A stretch of DNA of 64,000 bases. It comes from an uncultured Gammaproteobacteria bacterium. Lineage in GTDB: Bacteria > Pseudomonadota > Gammaproteobacteria > DRLM01. Each line of letters starts with the position of its first letter. The stretch's first letter is position 1. Under the pieces are notes generated by a model. It was not told the DNA's origin. It was given only the letters and a program-made list of their open reading frames with translations, and made no database searches. The translations under genes were made by a program, and so were the position numbers. The stretch spans positions 576,001-640,000 of the forward strand of contig CAVSNY010000007.1 of NCBI GenBank assembly GCA_963729605.1, in the 5' to 3' direction. Positions 40,617 to 50,725 of this stretch are shown here, piece after piece.

Positions 40617-40901
40617 TCACCCAAAGTAAAAATACGGGGGATCGACCGGCGGTACCGCGCACCCCAGGGCATAGGTACGGGCACTCGGGTCGAGTCGCAG
40701 CAACATGAATCGGTCTTCTTGCTCGTCGAGGATCAGCGCCATGTTGTGCAGTAATTCATTTCGTTCCGCCGGCGAGAGAAAACATTCATGCACCGACTTT
40801 TGCCCGCCGGTAGCATAACCGCGCACGAGGGCGAGCGCCGCGGCCAAACGCCTGGGAGCGGCTACATCGTAGGCCGCGAGATAGAAGTCACGTTCGCTCA
40901 T
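40617..40901 (-). CDS. cas2: Cas2
   Basis: YLAAYDV..RRL..GQKSVHEC. Confidence 0.9.
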   Translation of the reverse strand: MSERDFYLAAYDVAAPRRLAAALALVRGYATGGQKSVHECFLSPAERNELLHNMALILDEQEDRFMLLRLDPSARTYALGCAVPPVDPPYFYFG

Positions 40902-41060
40902 GGGGGTCAGGGGCTTCCTGTGTTTGTCCTAGCTCAATCGGTGAACGCGATCATGCGCTAATCCACTCGTGCTGTAAGAAGTGGCAAGCTTGCGATAGGA
41001 AGAAGAATGGCGATGAAAAATTGGAATGCGGTGCCCGGCGCGTCGGAGGGACGGTATACC

Positions 41061-41675
41061 CTATACGCCGGGCGGTATCGATACCGGCACGATCCGCGCC
41101 GTGCGCATGTCGAGTTGCTTGAGCGTGGTGTCGAAATGGGTTGCCACATAAAGCGTGGTGGCCCCCGCCTCTTCGGCGGCCATGAATGCGCCGAGACTCA
41201 TAGGGGTTTTGCCGCCGGTCACATCCACGGCCAGCGTCCCGCAACCGCCGTGCCTCATGCCATCCAGCAAATAGCGGGCGGCACGGCGGCTTTCTTGTGG
41301 GTCATCGGGATTGCCGATTTGTATCACTTCATGGACGCTGCCACCCTCAGCCTGCATGTGCGCCTTGATCTGGTCGGCATACCCCTGGGACTCGGCCGTG
41401 CAGACGAGACCGACGCGTTTGGGTTTGAGGTATTCGATGACGTAGCGTGGCACATCGGCATTGCTCACGGTGAAGACAATACCGTCGAAACGCAATGTCT
41501 CCCGTAGTCCACCCATCACGGAAGGAAAGCGGTTGCGCGTCAGCCAGCGGCGCAGGGCATCGCGCTTGAATAGCGCCACAATGAGCAACACCACCGGCAG
41601 ATAGCTCAGCAGGATGCCGGTCTGATCGATGTAGTGCCAGACTGTACTGGAGAGGCCGAAGAGGTTTCCGTTCAA
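41061..41675 (-). CDS. Transmembrane helix + CARF effector (Cam1-like)
   Basis: N-terminal hydrophobic helix GILLSYLPVVLLIVALF; CARF motif VDVTGGKTPMS; ~204 aa. Confidence 0.75.
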   Translation of the reverse strand: MNGNLFGLSSTVWHYIDQTGILLSYLPVVLLIVALFKRDALRRWLTRNRFPSVMGGLRETLRFDGIVFTVSNADVPRYVIEYLKPKRVGLVCTAESQGYADQIKAHMQAEGGSVHEVIQIGNPDDPQESRRAARYLLDGMRHGGCGTLAVDVTGGKTPMSLGAFMAAEEAGATTLYVATHFDTTLKQLDMRTARIVPVSIPPGV

Positions 41676-41694
41676 GGCATGTCCCAGCCCCAGT

Positions 41695-42828
41695 TCAAGG
41701 TTTAATCCAGTTTTTTAATTTCTCATCAAGCCGACCAAGATCGGCGCCGCAAACCGGGACAATGCCCAAGGCCTTGGCCAATCGCTTCTCCGCATCCCCT
41801 AATGATCGGTAACTCGCCAATAACCCTCGGGCGCCCAATCCGCCCACCCGGCGGCAAATTTCCGCGAGCTTGAACAGTGTATCGTTGGCTTTCGTCGAAC
41901 CTTCCTTGTCCATACGCGCCGTCTTACACTCGATCATGAATAGGCGATTGCGCGCCATGAAGGCGACGTCGAGTTCGTTCTTCACCCCCGAGCTATCCAG
42001 CACGACCAGATTAGCCGCCTTATCGCGGATCGCGAGTTCACCGGAAATGTCGGCGACTGTCCTGAAGACATATTGTTCCAGCCAGCCGCCCTTAGTGAAT
42101 GCGCGATCGGCCTCGCTGGCGAAGCACAGCGTGTTATCTTTCATTTCCAAAACACCCGCTTCGCTGAACTGGCGCAGCAGGGCTTCCAGGCCGCGGCTGT
42201 CCATGTGCTGTTCGGAAAGCGTGACATGCAACCGGTTCTTGTCTTCGGCCTCTTGTGCCAGCCAGTTGAGTTGGCCGAGCGGTTGTTGCAGGCTGCCGAC
42301 TTGAGTGATCAGGGTGCGCAGTAGATCATCGTGGCGCCTTTCAGACTGTGGGTGCCGAATACCTTCTTGCAACGTGAACCCATACCCGCGCAGATAATGA
42401 CGAAAACGCAATTGTTCCGACAGCTTCTGTCGAGCAGGTTTATTGTCCAACCAGATGACTTCATCCGTATCGACATCGACGTAGAATACCGACCACCCCG
42501 CGGCCTGCGCGACCGTTTGCGCGGCGAGCGCCATAAGTTTTGTGCCGCCGGTGACATTGAGTGCGATACGCAGCTTATCCCGCACGCTGGCAACTTCAAG
42601 CAATGCCTGCTCCAATTTTGCGAAATCGTGTTCATCGTCCAGCAGCACGCGGGTGGTCTTGACGCTGGCTTCTTTCAGTACGGATTCAAGGTCATCGGCA
42701 CGCGCCTGCATTTTTCCGCTGACCATCAGCACAACTTCGGTGGGCTTAAGCGCGGGATCGAGTGCCGCGAGCAGGTTTGGAGCGGCCTGAGCCGATACTA
42801 ATAGCACTTGGACATCGGCATTCAACAT
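41695..42828 (-). CDS. Card1/Can2 (DUF1887) CARF + PD-(D/E)xK nuclease
   Basis: SAQAAPN, NVTGGTKLM, GGWLE, NELDV..IECKT. Confidence 0.88.
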   Translation of the reverse strand: MLNADVQVLLVSAQAAPNLLAALDPALKPTEVVLMVSGKMQARADDLESVLKEASVKTTRVLLDDEHDFAKLEQALLEVASVRDKLRIALNVTGGTKLMALAAQTVAQAAGWSVFYVDVDTDEVIWLDNKPARQKLSEQLRFRHYLRGYGFTLQEGIRHPQSERRHDDLLRTLITQVGSLQQPLGQLNWLAQEAEDKNRLHVTLSEQHMDSRGLEALLRQFSEAGVLEMKDNTLCFASEADRAFTKGGWLEQYVFRTVADISGELAIRDKAANLVVLDSSGVKNELDVAFMARNRLFMIECKTARMDKEGSTKANDTLFKLAEICRRVGGLGARGLLASYRSLGDAEKRLAKALGIVPVCGADLGRLDEKLKNWIKP

Positions 42829-43130
42829 GAAATTTTCTCCGTCCTATATTCCTCCACCCGCGCCCCGTAGCGGCGCATCGCCTCCGCCGTCAACTCGATG
42901 CCGCGCGCGTCCGGCGGCAAATCCAATGACAGGTGCAGATACCGCGCGCCGCGCGCGCAGACCTCGGCGGCAAGATTCACCGGCAGCGAACCGATCACCA
43001 CATCACCCCTGTCGACCTCTGAAACAGTAAGGTGAGCCACGAGTTTGTCGACGGTAATATTTTGCGAAACAGCCCACTCCACAGCGCCGGGGTGGCGGGA
43101 AACAAAGAAGACAGTCAGGAGCGCCCCCAT
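42822..43130 (-). CDS. csx16: Csx16 (VVA1548 family), putative ring nuclease
   Basis: FVSRHPGAVEW..GDVVIGSLPVNLAAEVC..RGIELT. Confidence 0.9.
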   Translation of the reverse strand: MGALLTVFFVSRHPGAVEWAVSQNITVDKLVAHLTVSEVDRGDVVIGSLPVNLAAEVCARGARYLHLSLDLPPDARGIELTAEAMRRYGARVEEYRTEKISC

Positions 43131-43301
43131 TGCAGGCGCTCCTGCCTAAAAAAACAACACCACAAGATACCCTTCAACTGACCCTGCTCCGAAGGCGAAC
43201 AATAAATTGGGTCAACGAATCGTGAGGCCACGATCCACGTCCCGTTATTTACCTTCCTCGAAGTCCGTATTACAATGTAATACAAGAGCCACTTTTGTAT
43301 C

Positions 43302-43532
43302 ATGAGGAATTTCACCATGGGGACCCTTACCATCCGTCTTGATGAGAAGCTCGAAAAGGATCTGAACCGTTTAGCCAAACGCGCGCATCGAACCAAGAGC
43401 GACCTGGCGAGGGAGATGCTACGCGAGCATGTCGCCCTGGCGCGCCTGGATGAGATTCGCCGCCGACTACAACCCAAAGCGGAAGCCGCCGGCTGGTTGA
43501 CCGATGAGGATGTCTTCCGGGATATCTCGTGA
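43302..43532 (+). CDS. RHH/CopG antitoxin
   Basis: TLTIRLD..L..LAKR..RTKSDLARE; LTDEDVF C-terminus; overlaps the toxin start. Confidence 0.85.
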   Translation: MRNFTMGTLTIRLDEKLEKDLNRLAKRAHRTKSDLAREMLREHVALARLDEIRRRLQPKAEAAGWLTDEDVFRDIS

Positions 43533-43981
43533 GAGTCTTTCCCGATACCAACATCCTGGTCAGCGCAATGGTCACCCGTGGACTGTGCGAGGATCTGTTG
43601 CGTCTGCTGGTGCAAGGCCATCTGCGTGGACAGATGGAGCTTTTGATTGGCGCATCGGTCATGGATGAGCTGGAGCGTATTCTCCAGGACAAGCTGGGGG
43701 CAGACCGCGAAACCCTGGTGTTGGCGCGGGCCTTGCTCGCCGAAGGATTGAAAGTTCCGCATGGCGAACATCCCGCAACATCCATCGTCCCCGATCCGGA
43801 TGATATTCCTGTCCTCGGTTGCGCGCTGGCCGCAAAGACGGACATTTTTGTCACCGGTGACAAGGCGCTGCTCAATCTGAAGGTTGTTGAGGGCATGGCC
43901 ATCCTGTCGCCAAGGCAGATGTGGGAACGGTTGAGCATCACGAGCAAGAAAAGTGATACGCCTGAGACATCACTGTTCTAA
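43529..43981 (+). CDS. PIN-domain toxin
   Basis: DTNILVSA, DPDDIPVLGCA, VTGDKALL. Confidence 0.9.
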   Translation: MRVFPDTNILVSAMVTRGLCEDLLRLLVQGHLRGQMELLIGASVMDELERILQDKLGADRETLVLARALLAEGLKVPHGEHPATSIVPDPDDIPVLGCALAAKTDIFVTGDKALLNLKVVEGMAILSPRQMWERLSITSKKSDTPETSLF

Positions 43982-45697
43982 CATTTCTAACCACGACCGG
44001 AATTCGACTTTACGTTCTTTTTTAGATGGCCAATCAGTCCAGTCTTTTATCGTCTCGCGCAGAAGTATAGCTGCCACGTTACGTGCCGCTTTGTCATTCC
44101 ATTCTAATGTTTGCTTGAAAAACTCAAGCCGCTTTTGATCGAAAGCACTTCCAGCCTGATAGCGCCCTTTCTGTTTTTGTACCAAATAAAATTCGCGGAA
44201 TACTTCGACTGCCTGCATTTCGGGAGTCAACGTAGCCAGCCGTGCCTGACGCCCGGCCTCTTCTCGTGCGAGGCGGGCTTCTTCTTCGGCGCGCAGCCGG
44301 ATTTTTTCTGCTTCCTCGCGACGTTTCACTTCAGCCCCGATACGCATCTGCTCGAACTTAACCTGCTTCTCGACAAGCTTCGCAGCTAAGGCGCGGGCGC
44401 TGGCCAAATGTGGCTCACAGGCTGCCTTTAGCTCAGGCCATTCTTGAATTGACGTATCCACAGGTTGCAGTTCTACCAGTAACCAACCAAAGGGCAACAG
44501 GTTGGTGGATTGATCTTTTATGTCGGCGGCGAGCCAGAGGGTTTTGGCGGACTCAGCATATTCTGGTTTCTCATCTTTACTCTTCATGATCTTGATGTCG
44601 CGTACGCCCCGCAGAGTGATGGAGTCTGCTCCGGAATGACGCCCTACACGCAACAGGAAAGCCTCGCCTCTTTGCACACTTGCCCGCGCGATAGTCATAA
44701 GCGCCCGCACAGCCTTGTCCCAAGCGGAATCAAGGTAACCCCGCTCTCGCATGAGTTTGTTTTCGGCCTCCAGAATAGGCATGTAGAAGGCGTTGCAAGC
44801 GCGTGCTATGTCTTCGATTTTAAAGCGCAGGTCGTTAGCCGGAAGCTGGCGCTGCCCTTTGTGGCTGGTTTCGGATAAGCCGTCTACGGATTGCACATTG
44901 ACTTGACCGGCAAAGGCGCGGTAACGCCAACCGGAGATGCATTCGAGAATTTGATAGAGTTCCTTGCTCTCGGCTTGGGATTTTCGGATGTTACCTTGCT
45001 TATCTTTTACCTCGTTCTTCTTGCGATTAACAGCAACGTGTATCTGGGCGGCGGGCAAACCGGACTCCTCATGCCACGCGGCATCGGAGAGTTGCGTCAG
45101 GCGCATCGGGTCGAGCTCAAACTTTCCTGCTTGGTACCGGAATAGGCGTTGTTGCAGTTCCAGGTTATTTTCATTGCGTGGTCTGCCTGTGCGACGATCT
45201 TCGACTTTCTGCAGGCCCATGCCATCATTCACTCCGTCCAACAATGCTGTTCGAATCGCTCCCTTGAGCGATGAACCATACAGCACGGGTAACCGGGTGA
45301 TAGGATTGTAGCTGGTGCGGTCAATCTCCATCCGGTTCAACACCTGCTTGCCGTCGGCTTCGCGGTTTACAGTCTGGCCGATCCGGCTGGCGTAAAGCTT
45401 TGCCACGCCGGACAGCACAGGGATACGGTTGGTTGCACAAGGCATGATCTGTTCGCGCCGGTCGTGGAAATAGCGCTGAACGGCCTTGATCATATCCGTA
45501 TCCGGCTTACGGTTAGCAATATCAAGTAACACCTTGCGGTCGCTGGCCGACAGCGCATCCACCACGGATCCGGTATCGAACTCGTACAGCACTCCATCCT
45601 CGATGACGTAGTTGGTGGGTTCGTAACTCTCGCCCGTGCCGATATGGATGGGCGACAAGGGGGTAATGAACATTCGGTAACTTTCAAATCTGCTCAT
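43970..45697 (-). CDS. csm5: Csm5 RAMP with C-terminal helical extension
   Basis: TPLSPIHIGTG, GSSLKGAIRTA, LLRVGRHSG, PFGW. Confidence 0.9.
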   Translation of the reverse strand: MSRFESYRMFITPLSPIHIGTGESYEPTNYVIEDGVLYEFDTGSVVDALSASDRKVLLDIANRKPDTDMIKAVQRYFHDRREQIMPCATNRIPVLSGVAKLYASRIGQTVNREADGKQVLNRMEIDRTSYNPITRLPVLYGSSLKGAIRTALLDGVNDGMGLQKVEDRRTGRPRNENNLELQQRLFRYQAGKFELDPMRLTQLSDAAWHEESGLPAAQIHVAVNRKKNEVKDKQGNIRKSQAESKELYQILECISGWRYRAFAGQVNVQSVDGLSETSHKGQRQLPANDLRFKIEDIARACNAFYMPILEAENKLMRERGYLDSAWDKAVRALMTIARASVQRGEAFLLRVGRHSGADSITLRGVRDIKIMKSKDEKPEYAESAKTLWLAADIKDQSTNLLPFGWLLVELQPVDTSIQEWPELKAACEPHLASARALAAKLVEKQVKFEQMRIGAEVKRREEAEKIRLRAEEEARLAREEAGRQARLATLTPEMQAVEVFREFYLVQKQKGRYQAGSAFDQKRLEFFKQTLEWNDKAARNVAAILLRETIKDWTDWPSKKERKVEFRSWLEMLEQ

Positions 45698-46665
45698 GCG
45701 GCCTCCCTGTTTCCGGGTAGTGCAATCCCCACGACCGGGGCATAACCCTGATGCACCGTGCCGGGAATAGTTTTGGACAACCGGCCGTCTCCACCCAATC
45801 CCTTACCAGTGAACAATGCACACAGTTCAGTTCCGATCTGCGGCGTTAGCACGGCACCGGTATTGGCCAGCAGCACAGGGGTTTTGAAAGGACCGCCCTG
45901 ACCATGCACGCCGATATCGCCATGGCGGCCGAACCGGGTAAAGGGCTGGTAGAAACAACGATCCGCATGCCACAACAAACCTTGCGGTGCGCAGGGAGCC
46001 AGCGTCAACCAAGCGTCGGCGTGAGCTTGGTTGGGAAAACCGAAGGGCTCAAATTCTTTTATTTCAAACTTGCCCAAGCCGATGCTGGCGTCACGCCCAA
46101 AGCCGACCGCGCCGATGTCAGCGAGTAGTTCCCGCAACTCGTCGGCGGCGAGCCGGGATTCATCCAGTACTAGGTAGACATCAAGGACAATTTCCCGCAC
46201 GTCCTTGTCGCCAAACCAAAGCTGGTTCATAGCATAGGGCGCGAACTGACCTTCGCCCGTAGTGCCGGTGTTGCGGTTCAGAGTGTTGTGCGGTTGCGGG
46301 TGTTCGGCCGCCGCTCCGCTGGGAATAGCGCTGGACGACAGACAATGCTCCAGCCAGGCCTCGACTGGCGCATGGAACTGGTCGATCGGCATCCAGGAAC
46401 GTTTTTTGACTGCCTTGCGGTCGGCACCCTTCACTTCATCGAACCAATGACCGGGCAACACCGGTCGCGGCAGATATCCTGTGGGAAAGGCGTCGGAAAC
46501 AACGACAAATGGCCCGCCCTGACTGTAACCATCCAGCAGTTCAACAAGACGCGCCTCGCCATAGCGATTACGCACCGCCCAACACAATTGGCCAAATAGG
46601 GTGTCGCCCATAGGTTTGGTGCCGAAGGCCGATAACGGAGTGATGCGAGCACGATAAGAACGCAT
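45694..46665 (-). CDS. csm4: Csm4 RAMP
   Basis: GDTLFGQLCW, VSDAFP, GFGRDASIGLGKF. Confidence 0.92.
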   Translation of the reverse strand: MRSYRARITPLSAFGTKPMGDTLFGQLCWAVRNRYGEARLVELLDGYSQGGPFVVVSDAFPTGYLPRPVLPGHWFDEVKGADRKAVKKRSWMPIDQFHAPVEAWLEHCLSSSAIPSGAAAEHPQPHNTLNRNTGTTGEGQFAPYAMNQLWFGDKDVREIVLDVYLVLDESRLAADELRELLADIGAVGFGRDASIGLGKFEIKEFEPFGFPNQAHADAWLTLAPCAPQGLLWHADRCFYQPFTRFGRHGDIGVHGQGGPFKTPVLLANTGAVLTPQIGTELCALFTGKGLGGDGRLSKTIPGTVHQGYAPVVGIALPGNREAA

Positions 46666-46675
46666 GGTCGTCGCC

Positions 46676-47398
46676 TCAGGCTACCTGGGTGGTTTTAGAA
46701 AGTTGAATCGCGCCGAGTTCCGGCAACAAGTCCCGGTCCACCAGCATCAGATTCGCGAACTTCACCTTGCCATATCCGCGCGAACCGGAACCGCCCAAGC
46801 CGGTGAGTTCCATGAGCTTGAGGCCGCGTAAGACCGTGGATAACAAATCTTCGCCATCGTGTACGCGCAGAGTGAGATTGAACTCGAAGCGTGCGCCGGC
46901 CGGTACCCGCTCGGTGTTGCGCGGATGTACTGCCACGCCGCGGATGCGGTCGATCATATTCTCCATCTTGGTCTCGGTGAGCAACAGGTTACGACGGTTC
47001 ATTTCTTCTACCCAGGTCTTGTCCAAAGAGCAATCCCAGAAGGCTAGACGAGTTGGACCAATCTCCTTTACCAAGGAGTCCTCGGTTTTTGGGTTAGGCG
47101 CACCTCCGAATAGTTTGAGTATATTTTTTGCCTGCATTTCGCTTTGCATTCCTTTTTTGATGTCCAGGAATCCAAGCGGCTCACCTTTTTCATTGATAAT
47201 GCCCAATTCCCATTCCAGCAAGCTGCGAATCTTGCCCTTGATACTGGAGCCGGGGATATATGGTTCGAGCGTAAGCGGATGCTTGATGACCGGATTGTCG
47301 GTGCCGCCGATGTGCATTTCGTTGTTGCCGCTGCCGATATGCAGGCCGGTGACGAGTTCCAGGGTGCCGGTGAGTTTTTGGATGGCAGTGAGTTTCAT
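46676..47398 (-). CDS. csm3: Csm3 RAMP; catalytic Asp retained
   Basis: TGLHIG, IGGTDNPV, PYIPGSSIKGK, GGSGSRGYG. Confidence 0.95.
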   Translation of the reverse strand: MKLTAIQKLTGTLELVTGLHIGSGNNEMHIGGTDNPVIKHPLTLEPYIPGSSIKGKIRSLLEWELGIINEKGEPLGFLDIKKGMQSEMQAKNILKLFGGAPNPKTEDSLVKEIGPTRLAFWDCSLDKTWVEEMNRRNLLLTETKMENMIDRIRGVAVHPRNTERVPAGARFEFNLTLRVHDGEDLLSTVLRGLKLMELTGLGGSGSRGYGKVKFANLMLVDRDLLPELGAIQLSKTTQVA

Positions 47399-47413
47399 GT
47401 CTTTTCTCCAGAA

Positions 47414-47875
47414 TCAGTCGTTACCAGGGCGTTCCTGTTTATAGAAACCCATGAAGGCTTCCCAGAATAATTTGCAGGCGGTGAGAGTTTCAGGGTCTTT
47501 CACTTCGCCGAGAGTGTGCTGCAACAGGTTGACGAATGTACGGTCCACAAGCTTGCGACCCTCGGCATAGGCAGCCTTGGCGTTGATCATGCGAATGAAG
47601 GGCAGATATTCGTCGAATTTCTGTGGTTGCTGATTGAGGCGTCCCTCCCATGCAACGAGTTCGTCGTAGAAACGACGTAACTGAGTGGACTTGTTGCTCT
47701 GGTTATCACCACGCGAAACAGCTTGAGCGGCATTCTGTGCCTGTGTATTGAACAGTTCAGGATCAAGTGGCTTTGCCAGCTTGATCGCGTTGAACTGTGG
47801 TGCAGGCGTAGCACCTGCTTGACGTTGTTGGGTGCGCTGTCCCTGTGGTGGGCGTTGTTGGCGGTGGTCAGGCAT
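47414..47875 (-). CDS. csm2: Csm2 small subunit
   Basis: KSTQLRRFYDE, KAAYAEGR, FWEAFMGFYK. Confidence 0.93.
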   Translation of the reverse strand: MPDHRQQRPPQGQRTQQRQAGATPAPQFNAIKLAKPLDPELFNTQAQNAAQAVSRGDNQSNKSTQLRRFYDELVAWEGRLNQQPQKFDEYLPFIRMINAKAAYAEGRKLVDRTFVNLLQHTLGEVKDPETLTACKLFWEAFMGFYKQERPGND

Positions 47876-47886
47876 ATCTCGTCTCC

Positions 47887-50628
47887 TCAATCACGTCGTT
47901 GATACAGGTAAGTGAACAGGGCGATTTTGTAAGCTGCCCCATGTGCCTCAATGCCGAGTCCGGCGATTTCCGTTCCGAGTTCTGATTGCAGACGGCGGCG
48001 TTTCTCCTCAGTCTCTTGCCGATCCCCGGTGCTTTTGATTTTGGTTTCCACCATGCGACGTGTGCGATAAGCGAACTGCGAATGCCACAAGGCGTTTTCG
48101 GGACGCTGGCTGATCTTCCCGGCCATGTCTGTGTAACTAAGCAAACTGTAGAGGTAACCGGTGGATAAGGCGTGCTCGCCTGCCACCCGTGACAGTCCGT
48201 CCTCGCGGTTCATGAGATGATCGAATCTCTCCCACGCAACCGAATGATCGAACGCGCTGACCGCGTTTTTAGGCGGGGGTTGCCGGTTATCCGGGTTGTG
48301 TGTTTTGGCACTGTCCAGCGCCTTTTCCGCGAGACGCGCCAGTTGCCGGATAGGCAGGCCCGGTTTGGTCATGGAGAGTCCCGCGGAAAAGTGGATGTCC
48401 GGGTTCTCCGCCACGTAGCGTCTGAAATCGTCCTTCATGCGTTGGGCCAGCTTGATGGTCGAATGCCAGGGACCGATGAGAAAGAAATCGTCACCGCCCG
48501 CGAACACCGTGTAGGTGTTTGGGAATTCGCTTTTGCACAACCAAGGCAGATAAATGGCGAAGAAGGCATTGACCTGCCGGGACAGGCCGGCCATGCGGGC
48601 GAAGGTCGGGCGCTCCAGACCCTTTTCAAAAATCCGCCCCAGATTGTCTACGTCCCCCTTGAGGGTCATGAGAGCGGTGACCCCAATGTAGCGATCTCGA
48701 CCGTCGCTGGTTTTGAGTGCGTGACCTTCCTCGTCGAACAGTGGTTGCCGGTCGTCGCAGGCGAGGTGGTTGAGCGTCTTGATCTCATCTGGATGCGGCT
48801 CGAAGTCTTCCACGTTCTCGATGCCGTGGTACCGGTCGGCTTCCCAGGCATTCATTGCACCGAAACGCGGAACGTAGGCATTGATATGACGGCGCGCATA
48901 GCCGCCCCATAACGGAGTATCGAGACTCTCCGGCAGCGAGAAGTCCCACGCACGCAGCAGATTGCCGATGCGGGCTTCATTGCCGAACTTGCCGGTGTCT
49001 TCCTCGCTCTCAGTGAAGTTCACCCGGAAACCGAAGATGGGCAGCCTCAGGGTGTGATGATCGAGACCATCGCGCGTGATGAGGACGCGTTTCTGCGTAG
49101 CAAGCCACTTGCCGGTGTCAATCTGATCGGCGGCAAGCCTGCACATGCCATCCATTTCGGCCGGAGAGCGTCCATCGATCTTGCACTCGCCATGTTCAAA
49201 TCGGTCTAGAAAGCCCTTGAACACGGCTGGAGTAATTGCGCCGTCACAGAGGCTCAGGCGGGTAAGCTTGGTTTCCTCCAGTTGCTTGAACAATTGCGTG
49301 ATCAGATCGCGGAAAGGACTTTCACCCTCCTTGCCGTGGCGAAAATCATTGGCCCGAGCCGGCAGCCAGGCCAGACCGATGCCGGACTGTCCGTAGGTAT
49401 GCTCCAGGAACCAGATATCCAATTCTTTTTGCACGTCTCGGAGTTTGGCGATAGTGTCCGGGGTGTTGGGCGCGACGATGAGAAACTTGCCGGCGGCATT
49501 GACCACTTGACTGATGGCGGGCAACGCCAGCGCCTCCAACACTTTGAGGGCGGCCAGCTCGCTAAGCAGTGAAACGTAAAACGAGCGGCCACGCAGCAAT
49601 TTGGCGGCGCGCTTCTGGGTCTGCCCGCCCTCGGCGAAAATAAAGTCCTGGATACCGAAGAAATCACCCTGCACCAACAGGAATTTCTTTGTGTCCCAGG
49701 CGGCATCCGATTCCGGCGTACCCACCCGCTCGCGGTCCCACTGAGCACGCAGTTGTTGTTTGGTGCTTTGCGTATCGTGACCCTGGTCGGTGTGGTATCG
49801 CCACAGCGCGACGGCAAGCCCGGCCGTGGTCTTGGAGTGGTCGTAGAGCGAGACATCGGGCCGCACATTGCCACCGATGCCCGCTGTCGCCGAAGGAATC
49901 GCATGTGTGAATGTGAGCCAGAGACTATCAAAGTGGTCAAGCCAGAGCGGCAAACTTATCCTGTGACTGGCGGGAATAACTTTCAGGCCATCTAGAAACT
50001 GTTTCCACATATCCAAATAACGTGCCTGCGCGGCAACTTTGTCCTCGTTTTCGCAGGATTCCTTCTTGACAGGGAAGATGGCTTTAGGAGAGAGGGCCTT
50101 GAGCGGATAGCGCCAATTCTGCGCCTCCGGTCTGTCCTCCAGGCGGACATGTTCCAGCAACGTCCACTGTCGAGTGGTGTAGTGATTAAGTTTCTTTTGT
50201 TCATCATCCGGCGAGGCGTTGTAGGTCTCAAACTCCTCCCGCTCGAAACCCGATGCCAGGCGATCGGCCGTGGCAATGATCCATTGCAGAAAAGAATCCG
50301 GCCGATGATGGCGGGCAGCGGCGTTGATAATCGAGTCGTCGGCATTGCGTTCCCGCCACGGCGCAAAAGGTGTCATGTCGTTGCCGACGATGTCCGGAAG
50401 ATGTGCTTCCAGCAGGTCCATGCCAATGGCGGTGTAGGCGGCGTGGATATGTGTGCGGCGACCATTGTACTCAGGGCAGTACAGCAGTTCATTGATGGAC
50501 TGACGAGTATTACCATCGGTATCTTTCTCTTTCGCCTCCTGGATGCGCGCACGTTCAGCGAACTTGCCCAGGTCGTGCAAGTAAGCCGCCAGTGCCACGC
50601 GACAGGAAGCATTCATCTTTGGTGTCAT
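47887..50628 (-). CDS. cas10: Cas10/Csm1; HD nuclease and GGDD cyclase motifs intact
   Basis: LHDLGKF, SLYDHSK, LRGRSF, KGDVDNLG, AGGDDFF. Confidence 0.96.
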   Translation of the reverse strand: MTPKMNASCRVALAAYLHDLGKFAERARIQEAKEKDTDGNTRQSINELLYCPEYNGRRTHIHAAYTAIGMDLLEAHLPDIVGNDMTPFAPWRERNADDSIINAAARHHRPDSFLQWIIATADRLASGFEREEFETYNASPDDEQKKLNHYTTRQWTLLEHVRLEDRPEAQNWRYPLKALSPKAIFPVKKESCENEDKVAAQARYLDMWKQFLDGLKVIPASHRISLPLWLDHFDSLWLTFTHAIPSATAGIGGNVRPDVSLYDHSKTTAGLAVALWRYHTDQGHDTQSTKQQLRAQWDRERVGTPESDAAWDTKKFLLVQGDFFGIQDFIFAEGGQTQKRAAKLLRGRSFYVSLLSELAALKVLEALALPAISQVVNAAGKFLIVAPNTPDTIAKLRDVQKELDIWFLEHTYGQSGIGLAWLPARANDFRHGKEGESPFRDLITQLFKQLEETKLTRLSLCDGAITPAVFKGFLDRFEHGECKIDGRSPAEMDGMCRLAADQIDTGKWLATQKRVLITRDGLDHHTLRLPIFGFRVNFTESEEDTGKFGNEARIGNLLRAWDFSLPESLDTPLWGGYARRHINAYVPRFGAMNAWEADRYHGIENVEDFEPHPDEIKTLNHLACDDRQPLFDEEGHALKTSDGRDRYIGVTALMTLKGDVDNLGRIFEKGLERPTFARMAGLSRQVNAFFAIYLPWLCKSEFPNTYTVFAGGDDFFLIGPWHSTIKLAQRMKDDFRRYVAENPDIHFSAGLSMTKPGLPIRQLARLAEKALDSAKTHNPDNRQPPPKNAVSAFDHSVAWERFDHLMNREDGLSRVAGEHALSTGYLYSLLSYTDMAGKISQRPENALWHSQFAYRTRRMVETKIKSTGDRQETEEKRRRLQSELGTEIAGLGIEAHGAAYKIALFTYLYQRRD

Positions 50629-50725
50629 TGCATTTCCTCCCAATGCCGATTGTCATCTTTCCCCGCGCCGACTGCCGTTCCGGCAAGCTTGCGGCAGGCT
50701 GCCGCGCGTGACGCCGTTCGATGAT

